Below are positions 11,652-23,880 of a stretch of DNA of 64,000 nucleotides, in pieces; position 1 is the stretch's first letter, and every line of letters starts with the position of its first letter. Under the pieces are notes generated by a model. It was not told where the DNA came from. It saw only the letters and a program-made list of their open reading frames with translations, and ran no database searches. Position numbers and translations under genes: made by a program. Source of the DNA: Naegleria gruberi. Taxonomy: Eukaryota. The stretch is from the NCBI GenBank assembly GCA_000004985.1, contig GG738849.1. One strand, given 5' to 3'.

Positions 11652-13280
11652 ATGATACCCAACATTAATCATCATCAGCAGCAACACCAATTTAACAATA
11701 TCAAACAAAACATTTTAAAATGGGTAAATATAATGAAACCCTATATTATCAAATTTTGCGCGGCCATTGTAGTATTATTCTTTCTTTTAAAAGAATACTT
11801 TTTCAAACTCTTGTCAACATTTAACAAATCCAAATCATTGATATTTCTTCTCCTTTCACAAATTTTATTCTTACTATCATTTGTAATAATATTGAAAATA
11901 TTTCTATTTAAACCTCAATTTTCACCAATAACACACATTCCAACAGATGAATATTTTATTCATTTACGTAATGTTCCGATAGAAAAATGTCATGTGACAT
12001 TTCTATTGAGTGCAAAACCAAGATTAGGATTAATTGGAACTGAATTTGTTCATTTAGATTTTCTAATTGAAAATATTATGAAATTTAAACAACAAGTATT
12101 TAATCCTTGTATTCTAATTTATAATTCTAAAGGTAAAATTTATAAGGATCAAATTGAAAAGATTGTAAACAGATATCCAAGGCAATACATTTCAATAATT
12201 CATAATTCTTATAGTTTTAACATGTTTATGAATGCTAAAATTACACCAAAACAAAAATCTCAATCCAACTCTTTCTATGACATGGTTAAGAATGTGAATA
12301 ATCAAATATCTCTCATTTCTAAGGGTGGTAGCAGTAGCAGTGGTAGTGTTGGTTTGAATAGTGGTATTAATACAAAGAGTGGTATTCTAGATGCTAACAT
12401 ACCTGTAGTTCTCATGCAGGATGATTATGTTTTATGTGATTCATCCATTTCACATTTATCCTTGATATTTGAGAAGGCAACTCATTTGGAAGAACAGGGA
12501 AAGGATTGGGCTGGTTTTCGTTTTTCTTATGGAATGAGTGGAATAATGATGCAACAGAAGGATTTACCAAATTTAATTGAATATTTGGGAAGGAGAAGTG
12601 ATACCCGACATACCATTCAACACTTGTTGGATAATTTCTTTGATAATACTAAAAAGGCACACCAAGACTATTTCAAAGGACGTTATTTTTACACATACAG
12701 ATTCCAATTATTGAGACCAAATTATCATTTCAACTTGGAAAAGTCTCACTTCCCTCAATGTTTTGAACCTCAAACTCATTTGGTAATTGAATCATGTTCA
12801 CATTCTCTGTTTTTTCCTTGTGAGGGAAAGGAACAGCAAGCTATTGATTATTCAGCATCAACTTTATCTGGTAATTCCAATAGTGGTGGTTCAAGTGGTG
12901 GCAATTCATTCTCTCATGATGTTTTGCAATTGGCGGCATTTCCAGCTTCACATAAGCATTCTATTAGTGATTTTAAAAATGTTGAGAGTATTCCATGCGA
13001 AAAGGGAGAAAGTTGTAATGCATGCTGTAGAAAAGTGAATGCATTGTGTGATGCCAACTTTTTCAGTTATATCAATAGATGTGATGAAATGCAAAGATTT
13101 GCACCTAAATGTAATTGCAAATATCAGAGAGGATTAATTGTGGAAAGTGTAGCTCCATATTTTAATGACAATACCTGTGTATTAGGTTCAAGAGTTTCCA
13201 AATTTAATTGTCATAATTCTGATTCTACTGTAAAACGTTTATGCCCATGTACTGAGAAAATTATTGATAGAACTGATTAA
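11652..13280 (+). CDS. Hypothetical type-II membrane protein with Cys-rich C-terminus (542 aa)
   Basis: The ORF starts at an ATG. It has an N-terminal hydrophobic anchor, a DDYVLCD (DxD-like) segment and a Cys-rich C-terminal domain. I recognise no family; a glycosyltransferase-like fold is only a guess. Confidence 0.45.
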   Translation: MIPNINHHQQQHQFNNIKQNILKWVNIMKPYIIKFCAAIVVLFFLLKEYFFKLLSTFNKSKSLIFLLLSQILFLLSFVIILKIFLFKPQFSPITHIPTDEYFIHLRNVPIEKCHVTFLLSAKPRLGLIGTEFVHLDFLIENIMKFKQQVFNPCILIYNSKGKIYKDQIEKIVNRYPRQYISIIHNSYSFNMFMNAKITPKQKSQSNSFYDMVKNVNNQISLISKGGSSSSGSVGLNSGINTKSGILDANIPVVLMQDDYVLCDSSISHLSLIFEKATHLEEQGKDWAGFRFSYGMSGIMMQQKDLPNLIEYLGRRSDTRHTIQHLLDNFFDNTKKAHQDYFKGRYFYTYRFQLLRPNYHFNLEKSHFPQCFEPQTHLVIESCSHSLFFPCEGKEQQAIDYSASTLSGNSNSGGSSGGNSFSHDVLQLAAFPASHKHSISDFKNVESIPCEKGESCNACCRKVNALCDANFFSYINRCDEMQRFAPKCNCKYQRGLIVESVAPYFNDNTCVLGSRVSKFNCHNSDSTVKRLCPCTEKIIDRTD

Positions 13281-13437
13281 ATTCTGTTAAATCTTACCAT
13301 GTTATTTTTACATTTTCAATTCATATAGAATTGCAAAGGGAATATCAAAATTTGAACAAGATATCCACCAGATTCAGATGATGTGAACTTGATCGTATAT
13401 TAGGCATCAGTAGACAATAATCCTCAAATATAAAAAA

Positions 13438-15349
13438 ATGAAAAAGTCACCAGCTATTGCCGAAGCGAAAGCACCAAGTCCCTATCTAACAACACCGTAT
13501 AAGGCACCTGCAACAACTAAAAAGACTGCAACCTCTTCATCATCACCTATTCCAACAACAACTAATGGTAGCAAACAATCTAAATCACCAGTTAAAACTA
13601 AGCAGAATCAACAACCAGAAAATAATGGCGTTAGTGCTCAGTTAAGCGAAAAGAAAGCTTCACCCTTAATTTCCAAAACGGCAAGCAATTCTACCCCAAA
13701 GAAGACAGCCACCACCACCACAACAGATAATCCCAATACTCCTACAAAGCAAAATAGCTCTCCAAATCACACTTCTCCTTCATCTATTGAAAAATCCAAA
13801 GGAAAGGAATCATCAACTCCAACTAAGACTACATCAACAAAAACTGCCACCTCTAAAACGACACCAACCTCTACAGGGAAATCTACTACTACCGTAACTA
13901 AATCTTCAGCAATTATCAAGTCTTCCTCCACCAAGTCCTCATCGAATAAGAATGCAGTTTTTAAGAAAATACCCTCAGATGTTGTTCTCATTATCTTGGA
14001 TTATTATGGAGGAATTTTCAAAAAGTCTACTATTACCGAAAAGGATGGCAAGATTGAGTATTCTTCTTTCATCAAAAAGTTTTATGGGCGATTTAGTGTT
14101 GATAAATCGGTGAAGTTCATGTTTAGATTCATTGAGGGGGATCATCAAGCTATCAACAATATGAAGGAAAGTATTGAACTAGTTAGATTGGCATTTGTAG
14201 GCTCCTCAAAAGTAAGAATTGCTGGCTCTGTGGCTGATTATCTTCTTAATTGTCCCAACAAGGCAGATCCCAGTTTAGCAATGCGAAAACTTGAACTATT
14301 TGCTTCATCACTTGGTGATGATTGTAAAAAAGTTAGTGAAGTGGATTTTGTTGGAAGAGAAACATTTTCAGAGTTGTGTTCTCTATTTTTCAAAACATTT
14401 ACAAATTTGGAAATCATAAAAGGTGGAAGACATATGAGAAAGAGAAGGGATAACGACTATGATACCAGATTTCATGCATTTGATACCTCCATGGCTAGTG
14501 CTCTGGAGGTTACAGGTCCAAATGTAAAGGAAATTAAATGGTTAGGCTCTACACTGCCAAAAAACCTGGCCTCCTTCACACCTAACTTGGAAACGATTCA
14601 CATTGGTAAGTTATTTTAACTTGGAATTATTCTCATTCTAAATATCAATATCAGCATGCCCTCAATCAATAATCGCTCACGCAGACCTATTGTGTGAATG
14701 GAAGAATCTCAAATCAATTTCCCACATCAAGCATGAAGTTTATGTTGACTATAATCCACCTCCAGTAAATGTAACTGAATATAATAGAGTTTTTACAACG
14801 TTTAGCAATATGGGGAGTTTACAAGAGTTGGTAATTGGGGAAGACAATAGAATTCCTCTCGATTGTTTCAGACTTTTAGAGAATAATCAGACGTTAACCA
14901 AGTTGAACCTAGATTTTTGTTTTCTGGGTAATGACTTTATGAAGATTATAGGAACCATGACAAATCTCAAACATTTCAGTGCAAGTGGTGGATCAATGAC
15001 ATCGTCATCTCTACAAAATCTACTGTCCATTAAACAATTGCAAGAATTAAAATTGGATCAGTGTGATAAAATAACAGAAGTTGGGTGTGAGACATTATGC
15101 AAGTTAACAACTCTGAGGTTATTGGAATTCCCTAATACTAATCTAAGAGATAAGGGTGCATGCATGTTGGTGTCCCTGAAAAATCTGAGGCACTTGGATC
15201 TTTCATGTTCTCTAATAACTAATACTGCAGTGGAAACCATTGTAAAGGGTTGCAGGAGGCTCACTTATCTAAATGTAACCAGTTGTAAATATGTATTCAT
15301 GGATAAATTCAAAGAGGATGTAAAGAAAAAGATTAAAAAATTCCACTGA
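13438..15349 (+). CDS. F-box / leucine-rich-repeat protein with S/T/K-rich N-terminal region, 2 exons
   Basis: Exon 1 is 13438..14605 with donor G|GTAAGT. Exon 2 is 14655..15349; an alternative in-frame acceptor at 14685 is also possible. The F-box-like segment is IPSDVVLIILDYYGG. The C-terminal LRR-cap repeats are LRHLDLSCSLITNTAVETIVKGCRRLTYLNVTSC. Confidence 0.6.
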
Positions 15350-15365
15350 ACTATTCTACAATCTT

Positions 15366-16922
15366 TCATTCCTCATCATCAGAGCTACTGTCCGACATTT
15401 CAATTTCTACAAATTTTCTCTTCTTTACATCTTTGTTAGTGGCATTTTCGATAGTGTTCATAACAGCCTTTTGAGCTAGAGCATTAATGTGACGATCTGT
15501 GAAGTCTTTAACCTTATTATTTGCCAATAAATCTTCCTTGATTTGCTTTGAACGAGCTGCCACAAACATTTGAGCACTTCTAGAGTTTCCAGAAAGGTAG
15601 TTTGCCATCTTTGGGGTGATACCACTGAAATTTTGGGCCTCTTGTTTCTTTTTCTTTTTTGTGGCCAATTCTTTTGGTTTTTCATCGGAGCTGGTCTTTC
15701 TAATCTTCTTAACATTAGCACCAGGATCTATAAAAAGGGTAACACCTGTGTAATTGTATACAGTAGGCTTGTCAAATGAGATGGATGACCTTTCAACAAG
15801 ATTGGCCCCATTGCATTCCACTCTACTATCTTGCACTTCTCTACTCTTCTTGTTAAAGTGGTAGTTACAATATCTGCTTACTGCCTTGTTGATAGGACAA
15901 GTACAAAATGTTAGTGGCTTATCCTTGTTTTGTGAGCTAGTTGTTGTGGTAGTTTGATTTTCGTCTTGCAGTTTTTGTTTCTTCTTCTCATTGAGCATAT
16001 TGAAAAGTTTAAGATTGTTTCCGGTATATTTGTTAAAGTCAACTGGTACATAGGTGCATGTCCCAAAATGTACAGCCTTACCAATAACTTTGAGAGAAAT
16101 ATTTCTATTTTCTCCAATCATGGATAACGAGCTGAATTGTTGTTTAGTACTATTCTCGGTGTCAGTTTCCTTCTTGTTAATTTGTAGAATGGTAGGATTG
16201 GCACTAATGACAATATCACCTGGAACAAGTTCTTGATTTGATTCCAACTTTTCCATTTCCTTCTTTCCAATACCTTTTATACTCAAGAGTGGCAATAGTA
16301 ATACCACAAACATTTCATTCAAAGTATCGGATACTCTCCAAACTTCAAACTCAATACCCTTTGCATTGCAAGTGAGATTGGGTAATTGTTCCATTAGTGT
16401 GAAAATTGTGCACCAGTTAGTGTACAAGTTATAGGTTTCATATTTTGACTGACGAACACAATCCTTGTATAATGTTTCAAGTTTTACAAATTGATAGGGG
16501 TTTGAACATTCTTTCACCTGTTGATTAGAAATCTTTCTTTGAGATATTTCCAATTTGGTAAAGTCCTCAATATTTTCCTTGCCAGTTGCTTCCAATCTTT
16601 TGGCTTCACATTTGAGTGAGAAAATCTTTGTGACCTTCTTTTGATGATCAGTTTTATCTTGTGAAAAGGTAGAAATAGTGGTTGGCTTGTTAGGAACGCT
16701 ATGTATCGGATTGTCACTATTACTTGTCGAACTAGTTATTTGCTCAGCCAATTGTCTGCTCTTTTTTAATTCTTTTGCTTGAACTTTTTTTTGCCTTTCT
16801 GCGATGGCTTCCTTCGGATCTTTGAAAGCTTGTCCAATCTCTACATTCGGAGTGAGAGCAAGACTTGGTTTGATAGAATTTGATCCTTTCTTTGTGAAGG
16901 GATGTTGATGATGGAACATTTT
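15366..16922 (-). CDS. MCM10-like replication factor (OB-fold plus CCCH zinc finger)
   Basis: The segments EFEVWRVSDTLNEMFVVLL...GDIVISANPTIL...AVHFGTCTYV...CTCPINKAVSRYCNYHFNK resemble the Mcm10 internal domain and its C-x9-C-x2-H finger. The track start at 16961 is TTG, so I moved the start to the first ATG at 16922. Confidence 0.5.
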   Translation of the reverse strand, partial: KMFHHQHPFTKKGSNSIKPSLALTPNVEIGQAFKDPKEAIAERQKKVQAKELKKSRQLAEQITSSTSNSDNPIHSVPNKPTTISTFSQDKTDHQKKVTKIFSLKCEAKRLEATGKENIEDFTKLEISQRKISNQQVKECSNPYQFVKLETLYKDCVRQSKYETYNLYTNWCTIFTLMEQLPNLTCNAKGIEFEVWRVSDTLNEMFVVLLLPLLSIKGIGKKEMEKLESNQELVPGDIVISANPTILQINKKETDTENSTKQQFSSLSMIGENRNISLKVIGKAVHFGTCTYVPVDFNKYTGNNLKLFNMLNEKKKQKLQDENQTTTTTSSQNKDKPLTFCTCPINKAVSRYCNYHFNKKSREVQDSRVECNGANLVERSSISFDKPTVYNYTGVTLFIDPGANVKKIRKTSSDEKPKELATKKKKKQEAQNFSGITPKMANYLSGNSRSAQMFVAARSKQIKEDLLANNKVKDFTDRHINALAQKAVMNTIENATNKDVKKRKFVEIEMSDSSSDDEE

Positions 16923-17089
16923 TTTGAATAATTTTTTTGAAGATTCTATTGGCGCCAACAATGCATAACGGTTTTAGTAGACTTGAAATTGTTATTACAG
17001 ACTGCAGCAACAGAAATTTTGCAAATACTAAATAAATTGCACAGTGCAATTTTGAATTTCATTTCAATAATAATTATTATTATTAAAAA

Positions 17090-18457
17090 ATGCCAAGATA
17101 CCTTGTTCGTTTCTTTAATGACTATGCTGCTTTCCGATTGCCAGACTTGGAGTGTTCTGCACACTCCTTTTCGATACCATTGAGTCATTGTGGAAAATTG
17201 GAAGATGATGAAGTTTTTTATTTTGTTGATTATCCTTCGGAAGAGGATGCCAAGAAGGCAGTTTCAAGATCTGTGCTGATACAAGGTATTTATGAAGTGT
17301 GGGGAAGTGGTAGTTCTGCTGAGGAATGTATTGATCAAACAGGAAAATATTGTACTGAGAATGCCCAACATGTGTCTTCTATTTTACATGATTCATCGTC
17401 ATATTGTATCACTGTTGAAAATTATGGTTGTAGATGGACTAAAAAACAAAAAATTGATTTGATGAAAAGTTTTAATACGATACCTTGGAAAGGAAGGGTT
17501 AATTTGGAAACGCCTGACACAGACTTTTTCATTTTCCAAGATTTTAGAAACTCTAGTATTCCTGGATTTAAAAAGGAGGGCAATGAGCAAGAAACTCTAG
17601 TTTTAAAGCAAGTTTACTTTACTAGAAAGCTAGGTGAAGGTTCTAGACATTTAATTACAGATTATGACTTGAAGAAGAGAAAGTATATTGGTACAACAAG
17701 TATGTGTGCCACACTGTCATTCCTCAGTGCTAATTGTGCACTTGCCAATAGAAAATCTCTTATTTATGATCCTTTTGTTGGAACAGGTTCTCTGATTGTT
17801 TCAATTGCACACTATGGAGCTCATGTCATTGGTTCTGATTTGGACATTCGTGTGGTTAGAGGAAAGAATTTCCGTCAAAAGGGTAATATTGAAAGTGAAA
17901 CAAATATTCAATCCAATTTTGATGATTATGGATTAACTAACAAGGCTGGTCTTGAATTGTTGAGAGTTGACTTATCACAAAGCCATGTTTGGAAACCTCA
18001 AAACAAATCTCATGCCCCAAAGCCAATATTCGATGCTATTGTTTGTGATCCTCCTTATGGAAATAGAGAAGGGCCAAGAAAGATTGGTAGAAATAAGCCA
18101 TTGGCTGAGGATAGTTTGGCAAGAGTTAAAGAAAATTATATTGCTGGAACAGTTCCATATGATGTCAAGGAAATGTATGATGACTTGTTAGAATTTGCTG
18201 CTAGATCCATTGTTACTAAGGGAAGAATTGTCATGTGGTTCTTTGTCAATAATGATGAATATTGCGAGGAAATTCTGCCATCTCACAGATGCTTTAAACT
18301 TCTCTACAATAGTATTGATCCTCTCACAAAGAAGTATCACAGAAGATTATTAACATTTGAAAAGTTTTGTGACTATTTTGAACCTCCAACCGCGAGCAAT
18401 AAGCATGATTTAAGTGATGTTGCTGAATCAGAAAATAAGAGAATCAAACAAGAATAA
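17090..18457 (+). CDS. TRM11: tRNA (guanine10-N2)-methyltransferase Trm11 (455 aa)
   Basis: The protein has an N-terminal THUMP-like region and a class-I methyltransferase core with FVGTGS and the IVCDPPYGNREG motif. Confidence 0.85.
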   Translation: MPRYLVRFFNDYAAFRLPDLECSAHSFSIPLSHCGKLEDDEVFYFVDYPSEEDAKKAVSRSVLIQGIYEVWGSGSSAEECIDQTGKYCTENAQHVSSILHDSSSYCITVENYGCRWTKKQKIDLMKSFNTIPWKGRVNLETPDTDFFIFQDFRNSSIPGFKKEGNEQETLVLKQVYFTRKLGEGSRHLITDYDLKKRKYIGTTSMCATLSFLSANCALANRKSLIYDPFVGTGSLIVSIAHYGAHVIGSDLDIRVVRGKNFRQKGNIESETNIQSNFDDYGLTNKAGLELLRVDLSQSHVWKPQNKSHAPKPIFDAIVCDPPYGNREGPRKIGRNKPLAEDSLARVKENYIAGTVPYDVKEMYDDLLEFAARSIVTKGRIVMWFFVNNDEYCEEILPSHRCFKLLYNSIDPLTKKYHRRLLTFEKFCDYFEPPTASNKHDLSDVAESENKRIKQE

Positions 18458-18560
18458 ATTACACTATTTCACTTCTACAAATTAGACCAATATTGTATTT
18501 CGTAATTATGAGGTGTGCTGATTAGAATTGAAAATTCAAAACATTTTAAAGAAGAAAAAA

Positions 18561-20735
18561 ATGTCTGCACTTGATAGGTTCACCTCTCCAAGTACTGCAA
18601 CGAGATTCGAATTTGATGCCTATTATCATGCTAAAAGTTTTCTCTCCTCACCATTTACTCTGTTCCTTAAAAATAGATCTTGCTCGTATTATCATCCCGA
18701 AATTAATTGCACAGAGCTGAATAAGATCTTATCCTTTGGCAGTAATCATGCCAAGTTTGGCCAATGGATAACATGGAAAGATTTAAAGCTTAAAACTAGT
18801 CATTGTGAGGAGGAGATTTTACTTGTTGATTATTTTGCAAATAATTTAACATTACCAACTGCTGTTGTGGATAGTAATGTAACAGAGATCATGGTTCAAC
18901 ACTTGAAGGAGTTGGATGGTGCAGTTCTTGTTTGTGAATTTAGCGTTGAGAAGACTGATGCAGAGTTTGATGTATGCTTGTCATTCTTTCAAGTAGATGC
19001 CACAATATTGAAACGTATCAGCTCTTCATTCCAAATAGTTCAAGATCTGTTCAAATATGAAGAGTACGGTAGATGTGGACTTATTTTTGAGCTATTGGAT
19101 GAGTATTTTGTAGATGTACTTTTTTCTATTGATGGAATTGAGTGGAATATCATTAACAGAGGAAGTGACTGGAAATTAATTCAAAAAGATCCAAGCCAAT
19201 ACATTTTTGTGACTCCAAAGTTAGAAAGTGAAAGGGAGTACTTTTTCAAACTTGTGGTCATTTCAAAGAGAAATACGTGGATATATCATGACTTGGGTCA
19301 ATTATATCCAGAATCAGTACTTTCTTCAGGTCTGTTGCCCTCATTGGTCAATGAAAATGTAAAACATATTGTTGATGGTTGTGTCCTTGCTTCAACTCAT
19401 CCAAACATGTTCCACCTTAAATTTGATAATTATCCACTCTTTCACCTAGGTTGCTCAATTGTAAAATCCCCAGCGTTCCATAATGAATTGAATTCAGCGT
19501 TGCAAGTTGTAGTAGAAGCAAGTGCTATTAAGAAATATGAAGAACCATTGTGGAAAGAAATAACTCCAGTTGGGCATGAACTAAACTCTGAACAATTGAA
19601 ATCATCAGCTATAGATACAAAAGCAAGTTACAAAGCACGATTGTTTATTGCTTGTAAGTTTGATCGTTTCAGAATTGGAAATATTACACCAAAAAGCAAC
19701 CCAGTGACCATTCCGAGTTCATTAATGATGTGGAATGAGATACCACATGTAGGCGAACTCTCTATGGTTCATGATACATTCCTTAAATTAACTTCAAAGA
19801 CACCAATATTTTTCGTCTTCCTTCCACAAGATGCCTATTCCAAGTTATACAATTTTACAATTCAAGCAAGGTTAAAAAGGTCAAATAATGAATCAGATTG
19901 GGTCACTTTAGATACTGAACCTGCAGTTACTGGATTCCATTTAAAAATGCAAGGCAATGTTGTAAAATGCTCAGCTAAATCCCATCAATTATTAGAGTAT
20001 GGAAAAATATACTCTGTTAGAATAATGGCAAGCTATAACAATTGCAGACCTATTATTGTAAAGGAATTTTCAAAGACCATTCCCAAGTTTAATTATATTC
20101 CTAATCTCACAACTGATATTTTGGAAAGAAACGGAGGAATGTTGATTTTCAATACTGAAAGTTATTATATTTATTTAATGTTGGATGGCACTATTATAAT
20201 AGTTGATCCAACTGTAAAATATCAGTGGAATGATACTAGAATGTTTGTTGGAACCTTTAGATTTTGTGATTTGTTGGATGAAAATGTAATGAGACCATTC
20301 TTCCTCCAATCATTTGCTACTATTAATGATGAAATGGTGGATGAAGTAATTGACACATCAAAATGGCAATTGATTACTCGTGTGGAAGCAACAATTGACC
20401 ATCATCCAACCCACAATCTTAGACTTCCAAAAGAAACTTTTAATTATTACTTTGATATTATTTTCGATCACGAATTGAAGAAATACCAACTCGTAGATAA
20501 ATCCGAGCTCTTTGGTGATGTACATCGAGTAGTTAGTGTCAAATGGAGAAATGAAGAGCTTTCCAATGCCATTATAATGGATTATTACTCTCATTCTAGT
20601 CAATTAGATCAACGGAGAATATGTGGGGTCAATCACGAGAATGAATATCCTCAAAGAGCAATTCAATGGTATTCTGATTTTTATATACAAAATAGAATAC
20701 AATTTAGTGATATGACTTTTGATTTTACAAATTAG
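18561..20735 (+). CDS. Hypothetical protein (about 724 aa from the first ATG)
   Basis: This is a long ORF with protein-like composition. The track start at 18528 is TTG and the first ATG is at 18561. I recognise no family. Its stop at 20733..20735 overlaps the last exon of the convergent gene by 11 nt. Confidence 0.5.
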   Translation: MSALDRFTSPSTATRFEFDAYYHAKSFLSSPFTLFLKNRSCSYYHPEINCTELNKILSFGSNHAKFGQWITWKDLKLKTSHCEEEILLVDYFANNLTLPTAVVDSNVTEIMVQHLKELDGAVLVCEFSVEKTDAEFDVCLSFFQVDATILKRISSSFQIVQDLFKYEEYGRCGLIFELLDEYFVDVLFSIDGIEWNIINRGSDWKLIQKDPSQYIFVTPKLESEREYFFKLVVISKRNTWIYHDLGQLYPESVLSSGLLPSLVNENVKHIVDGCVLASTHPNMFHLKFDNYPLFHLGCSIVKSPAFHNELNSALQVVVEASAIKKYEEPLWKEITPVGHELNSEQLKSSAIDTKASYKARLFIACKFDRFRIGNITPKSNPVTIPSSLMMWNEIPHVGELSMVHDTFLKLTSKTPIFFVFLPQDAYSKLYNFTIQARLKRSNNESDWVTLDTEPAVTGFHLKMQGNVVKCSAKSHQLLEYGKIYSVRIMASYNNCRPIIVKEFSKTIPKFNYIPNLTTDILERNGGMLIFNTESYYIYLMLDGTIIIVDPTVKYQWNDTRMFVGTFRFCDLLDENVMRPFFLQSFATINDEMVDEVIDTSKWQLITRVEATIDHHPTHNLRLPKETFNYYFDIIFDHELKKYQLVDKSELFGDVHRVVSVKWRNEELSNAIIMDYYSHSSQLDQRRICGVNHENEYPQRAIQWYSDFYIQNRIQFSDMTFDFTN

Positions 20736-23393
20736 ATGGTTTGGTATCTTTAGAGATGCGATCTTGGCACTTTTCAATCATATGAGCACATGGCTTATCT
20801 TCAACACCTTCTGTTTTCTCAATATGAATGGATTGATATTGTTCAAAATATTCAAGGGCCTCATTAAAGTGACCTTGTTTAAAGCTTTCAATTCCCTTAT
20901 TGTAAATTCTCCACTTGTCCACTTGCTCTTTTTGCTGCAATTCATACATCCCTAAGTAATTATGATATTCACAAATGAAAAAACAATATCAACTTACATT
21001 CATCCATGTTAACTTGTTTTGAATCTCCAACCTCATAAATTGGTGTCTTTTCACCACTCTTTGATTTTCTATTGGACATAATTGGTTCAAATGTATTTTC
21101 ATTCACTAATTTCTTCCATGATACCAATCTAGTCGAGTGAACATCAGCAATTTCCTGGTAAACATGATCTGTGATTAAAAAGTTAACATTAAGCTTGGAA
21201 GTTAAACTGATTAAAAATTCAAGATTTTCTTGATAACTGCCTAAAATTGAGAAGGTTTTAACATCTCTAGTACCAACGTTACCAACTTTGTTTTGCTGTG
21301 AAACCATGGCACAAAGGAAAGATATGGATGAAGAACATTTCAATTTTTGTAATTGACCTTGAAGTTGTGTCATGCAGAATAAACCTTTTTCTTCTGCTTT
21401 GGCGCTTTCTGATGTAGCATTAAAACTAAGAATGATGGTACTCTTCTCAAAATTGCCAACCAATGCATTGTTTAAACTTGCATGTCTTTGAATTACTGTG
21501 AAAATTTCAGTAAGCACGACAGTAATATCATGTTCTTTCAATTCATTAAGTAGTTCGTTGAGCCCTTCGAAATATATCATTGCACTCACCACCCTTCTCT
21601 TTTCCAGACCTAATTTAAAAATGGAATTATGAAAACCAGAAGAATGAGCTCCAATCTTGCTATGATGAGATGACTTTGAGAAGGAAAGAGATGTAAACTT
21701 GTTACTCGAATGATGTTTAGATTCTTCGTGTGAACGTGTGTCATTACTATCCAATTTGCTCAACAAGTGAGGTGGAAGGAAACTTCTAAATAATTTCATC
21801 TTTTTCACCATGAACAATACATGTTCTTGGATTTCAGAAACTTCCTTCAATGGTGATGCAACCTTCAAGCCCTCAATTTCGTCCAATTGCATTTCTGAAA
21901 TGAATTCAAATTGGGTCATTAACTTTTTGAAAGGTGTAACAATTCTTGTACTGAACCAAATACCTATCAAAATTGCAGAGATTGTAATAATGACACTCAC
22001 AATAACGGCAACTATCACTGCAATTACAATGGAAGATATGTAGTTCCACTGTGGCACTGCAAAGATTATCATCCAATTCAACAATGTTGGAGTGCACAAT
22101 CTATAGAGTCCAACATAATAAGAACTAACTGTTGTGAATTTGAAAGTTGAACATTTCATAGATTTGAGATCATTCCCTAAAGATTCATAAACAGCAGATC
22201 CAATATCTCTCACTTGTGGAATATCAAAGTTCTTAACAGTCTTTCTTGTTTCCTTTCCACTTTTATCCCATTCAGAAACTGGAATATCAGGGTAGTTGGC
22301 TAATTATTATTGAAACAGTTTAAAACAGGAATATTAAAAAAACATACTTGCAATAATAGCGTCAGTTTTGATCTCAATAACAACTGCCAGTGAGTTCATA
22401 ATATCACTTGTAAATTCAAGCAAGTATTGGGATAGAGAGTGAACTGTCAGATCAATAGCAAAATACCAATCAAAAGTGGATGAGCCAGGAACTGAGTGAA
22501 CACTTACACATGAGAACCAAACCCACAGTGGATATCCTGAATCTGTGTAAGAGTCAGAAAATCCGGTTGAGTTGAGTAAGTTTTGGGCTTGTTCCACTTC
22601 AGTTGAAAGATCAAATGTTGGTTTAATCTTATCCCATGTTGGACCTTTTCTAACACAGCTAGTGTGAGAGGAGTCAAAATCACAAGTTTTGTAATAAGCT
22701 CCTGTTGAATTAATCACAAATAATGATAGATACATTTCAGGTGATTTAGCAGCTCTAGATTGACTGCTAGTTATACCCTTATTACCTCCCAATACATCTC
22801 CAAAATATGAATTGATGAAAAGACCATTTATGTAAGCTTCCTGTGATTTATAGGTCATGAAGGTCTTGTCAATTAACCACTCGTCACGATTATAATAATC
22901 CATATCATTCCACACAGAGTTCCTTACAGTTTCAGTGGCCATTGCTACCTGTTGTTAGGAATTTCCACATGTTTGTCAATTTTACACTAAATTCAAACCG
23001 TCAACAACAAACCTTATTCATGGTAGAGTCTATAAATTCAGTCATACTAGAGAATTGAGACTCCATTAAACTATTACTCACAGATGTAACACTCCCAGCA
23101 AAACTAGATACCCAAACTATGGTTAATAAGATTACAGAAACCACCAAAACAAACAATAATAAGAGTATTAAGCTTGATTTGATGGTTATTTTCTGAGAGG
23201 AACGCTTATTTTGTTGTTTGATTTGAGCACCATCATCTGACGAATTATCATCAATTATTGGTTCCAAAGGAGAAACAGCACTAATAGTAAATCCATCATT
23301 TGATTCGGTAAGGTGATTTTTGGATGTTGGTGTCCTATTTGTTGTATATACAGATACATGTGGGGGCAATGGTGTAACCTTAGAAGCGACCAT
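20725..23393 (-). CDS. Receptor-type membrane protein with divergent class-III nucleotidyl-cyclase homology domain, 4 exons (836 aa)
   Basis: Exons are 23393..23013, 22948..22348, 22299..20998 and 20951..20725, with introns of 64, 48 and 46 nt. Exon 1 has donor AAG|GTTTGT. All frames were verified across the junctions. Layout: an N-terminal region, TM1, an extracellular domain, TM2, then a cyclase-like domain (RRVVSAMIYFEGLNEL...GNVGTRDVKTFSILGSYQENLEF). The canonical metal-binding Asp residues and the GDxY motif are replaced. Confidence 0.6.
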
Positions 23394-23880
23394 ACTAATG
23401 AACGCACACTGTTGTAGAGAGTTTTTTTATACTATTGCTCTGTGATAAGTTGCTGTAACAGTTAAAGAACAGTTCAGCAAGCCTTGTGCGTTTATCTCTG
23501 TCACCACCCGAATCCGAATACCTTAATTTATTATCTTCATTATCAGTCCAATGCTGAAAATAGACTATTGTGCTGTTGCATACAGGCGGGAAAGCCTTAC
23601 AAACTGTACAATCACCCTTATAGGAAGTTTCCTTTATCACTCAAAGCATGGTAGTCACCTGCTAAACAACATCTAAAGTTTTCCCGACCGGGTAGCTGGA
23701 TTTTCACTAGTTCCTCAATCAGCGGGGAAACACCAGTTACAAACCATAAATTCCATATCTCACCCTCTGTCCACATCCTTTAGAGTATTAATACTCTTTA
23801 GAAAAGATACTTATCGAACAAATTATAGAATTTCAACCAAACAAGTATAACTCTAGAAATGATCGTATTGAATCATGTTA

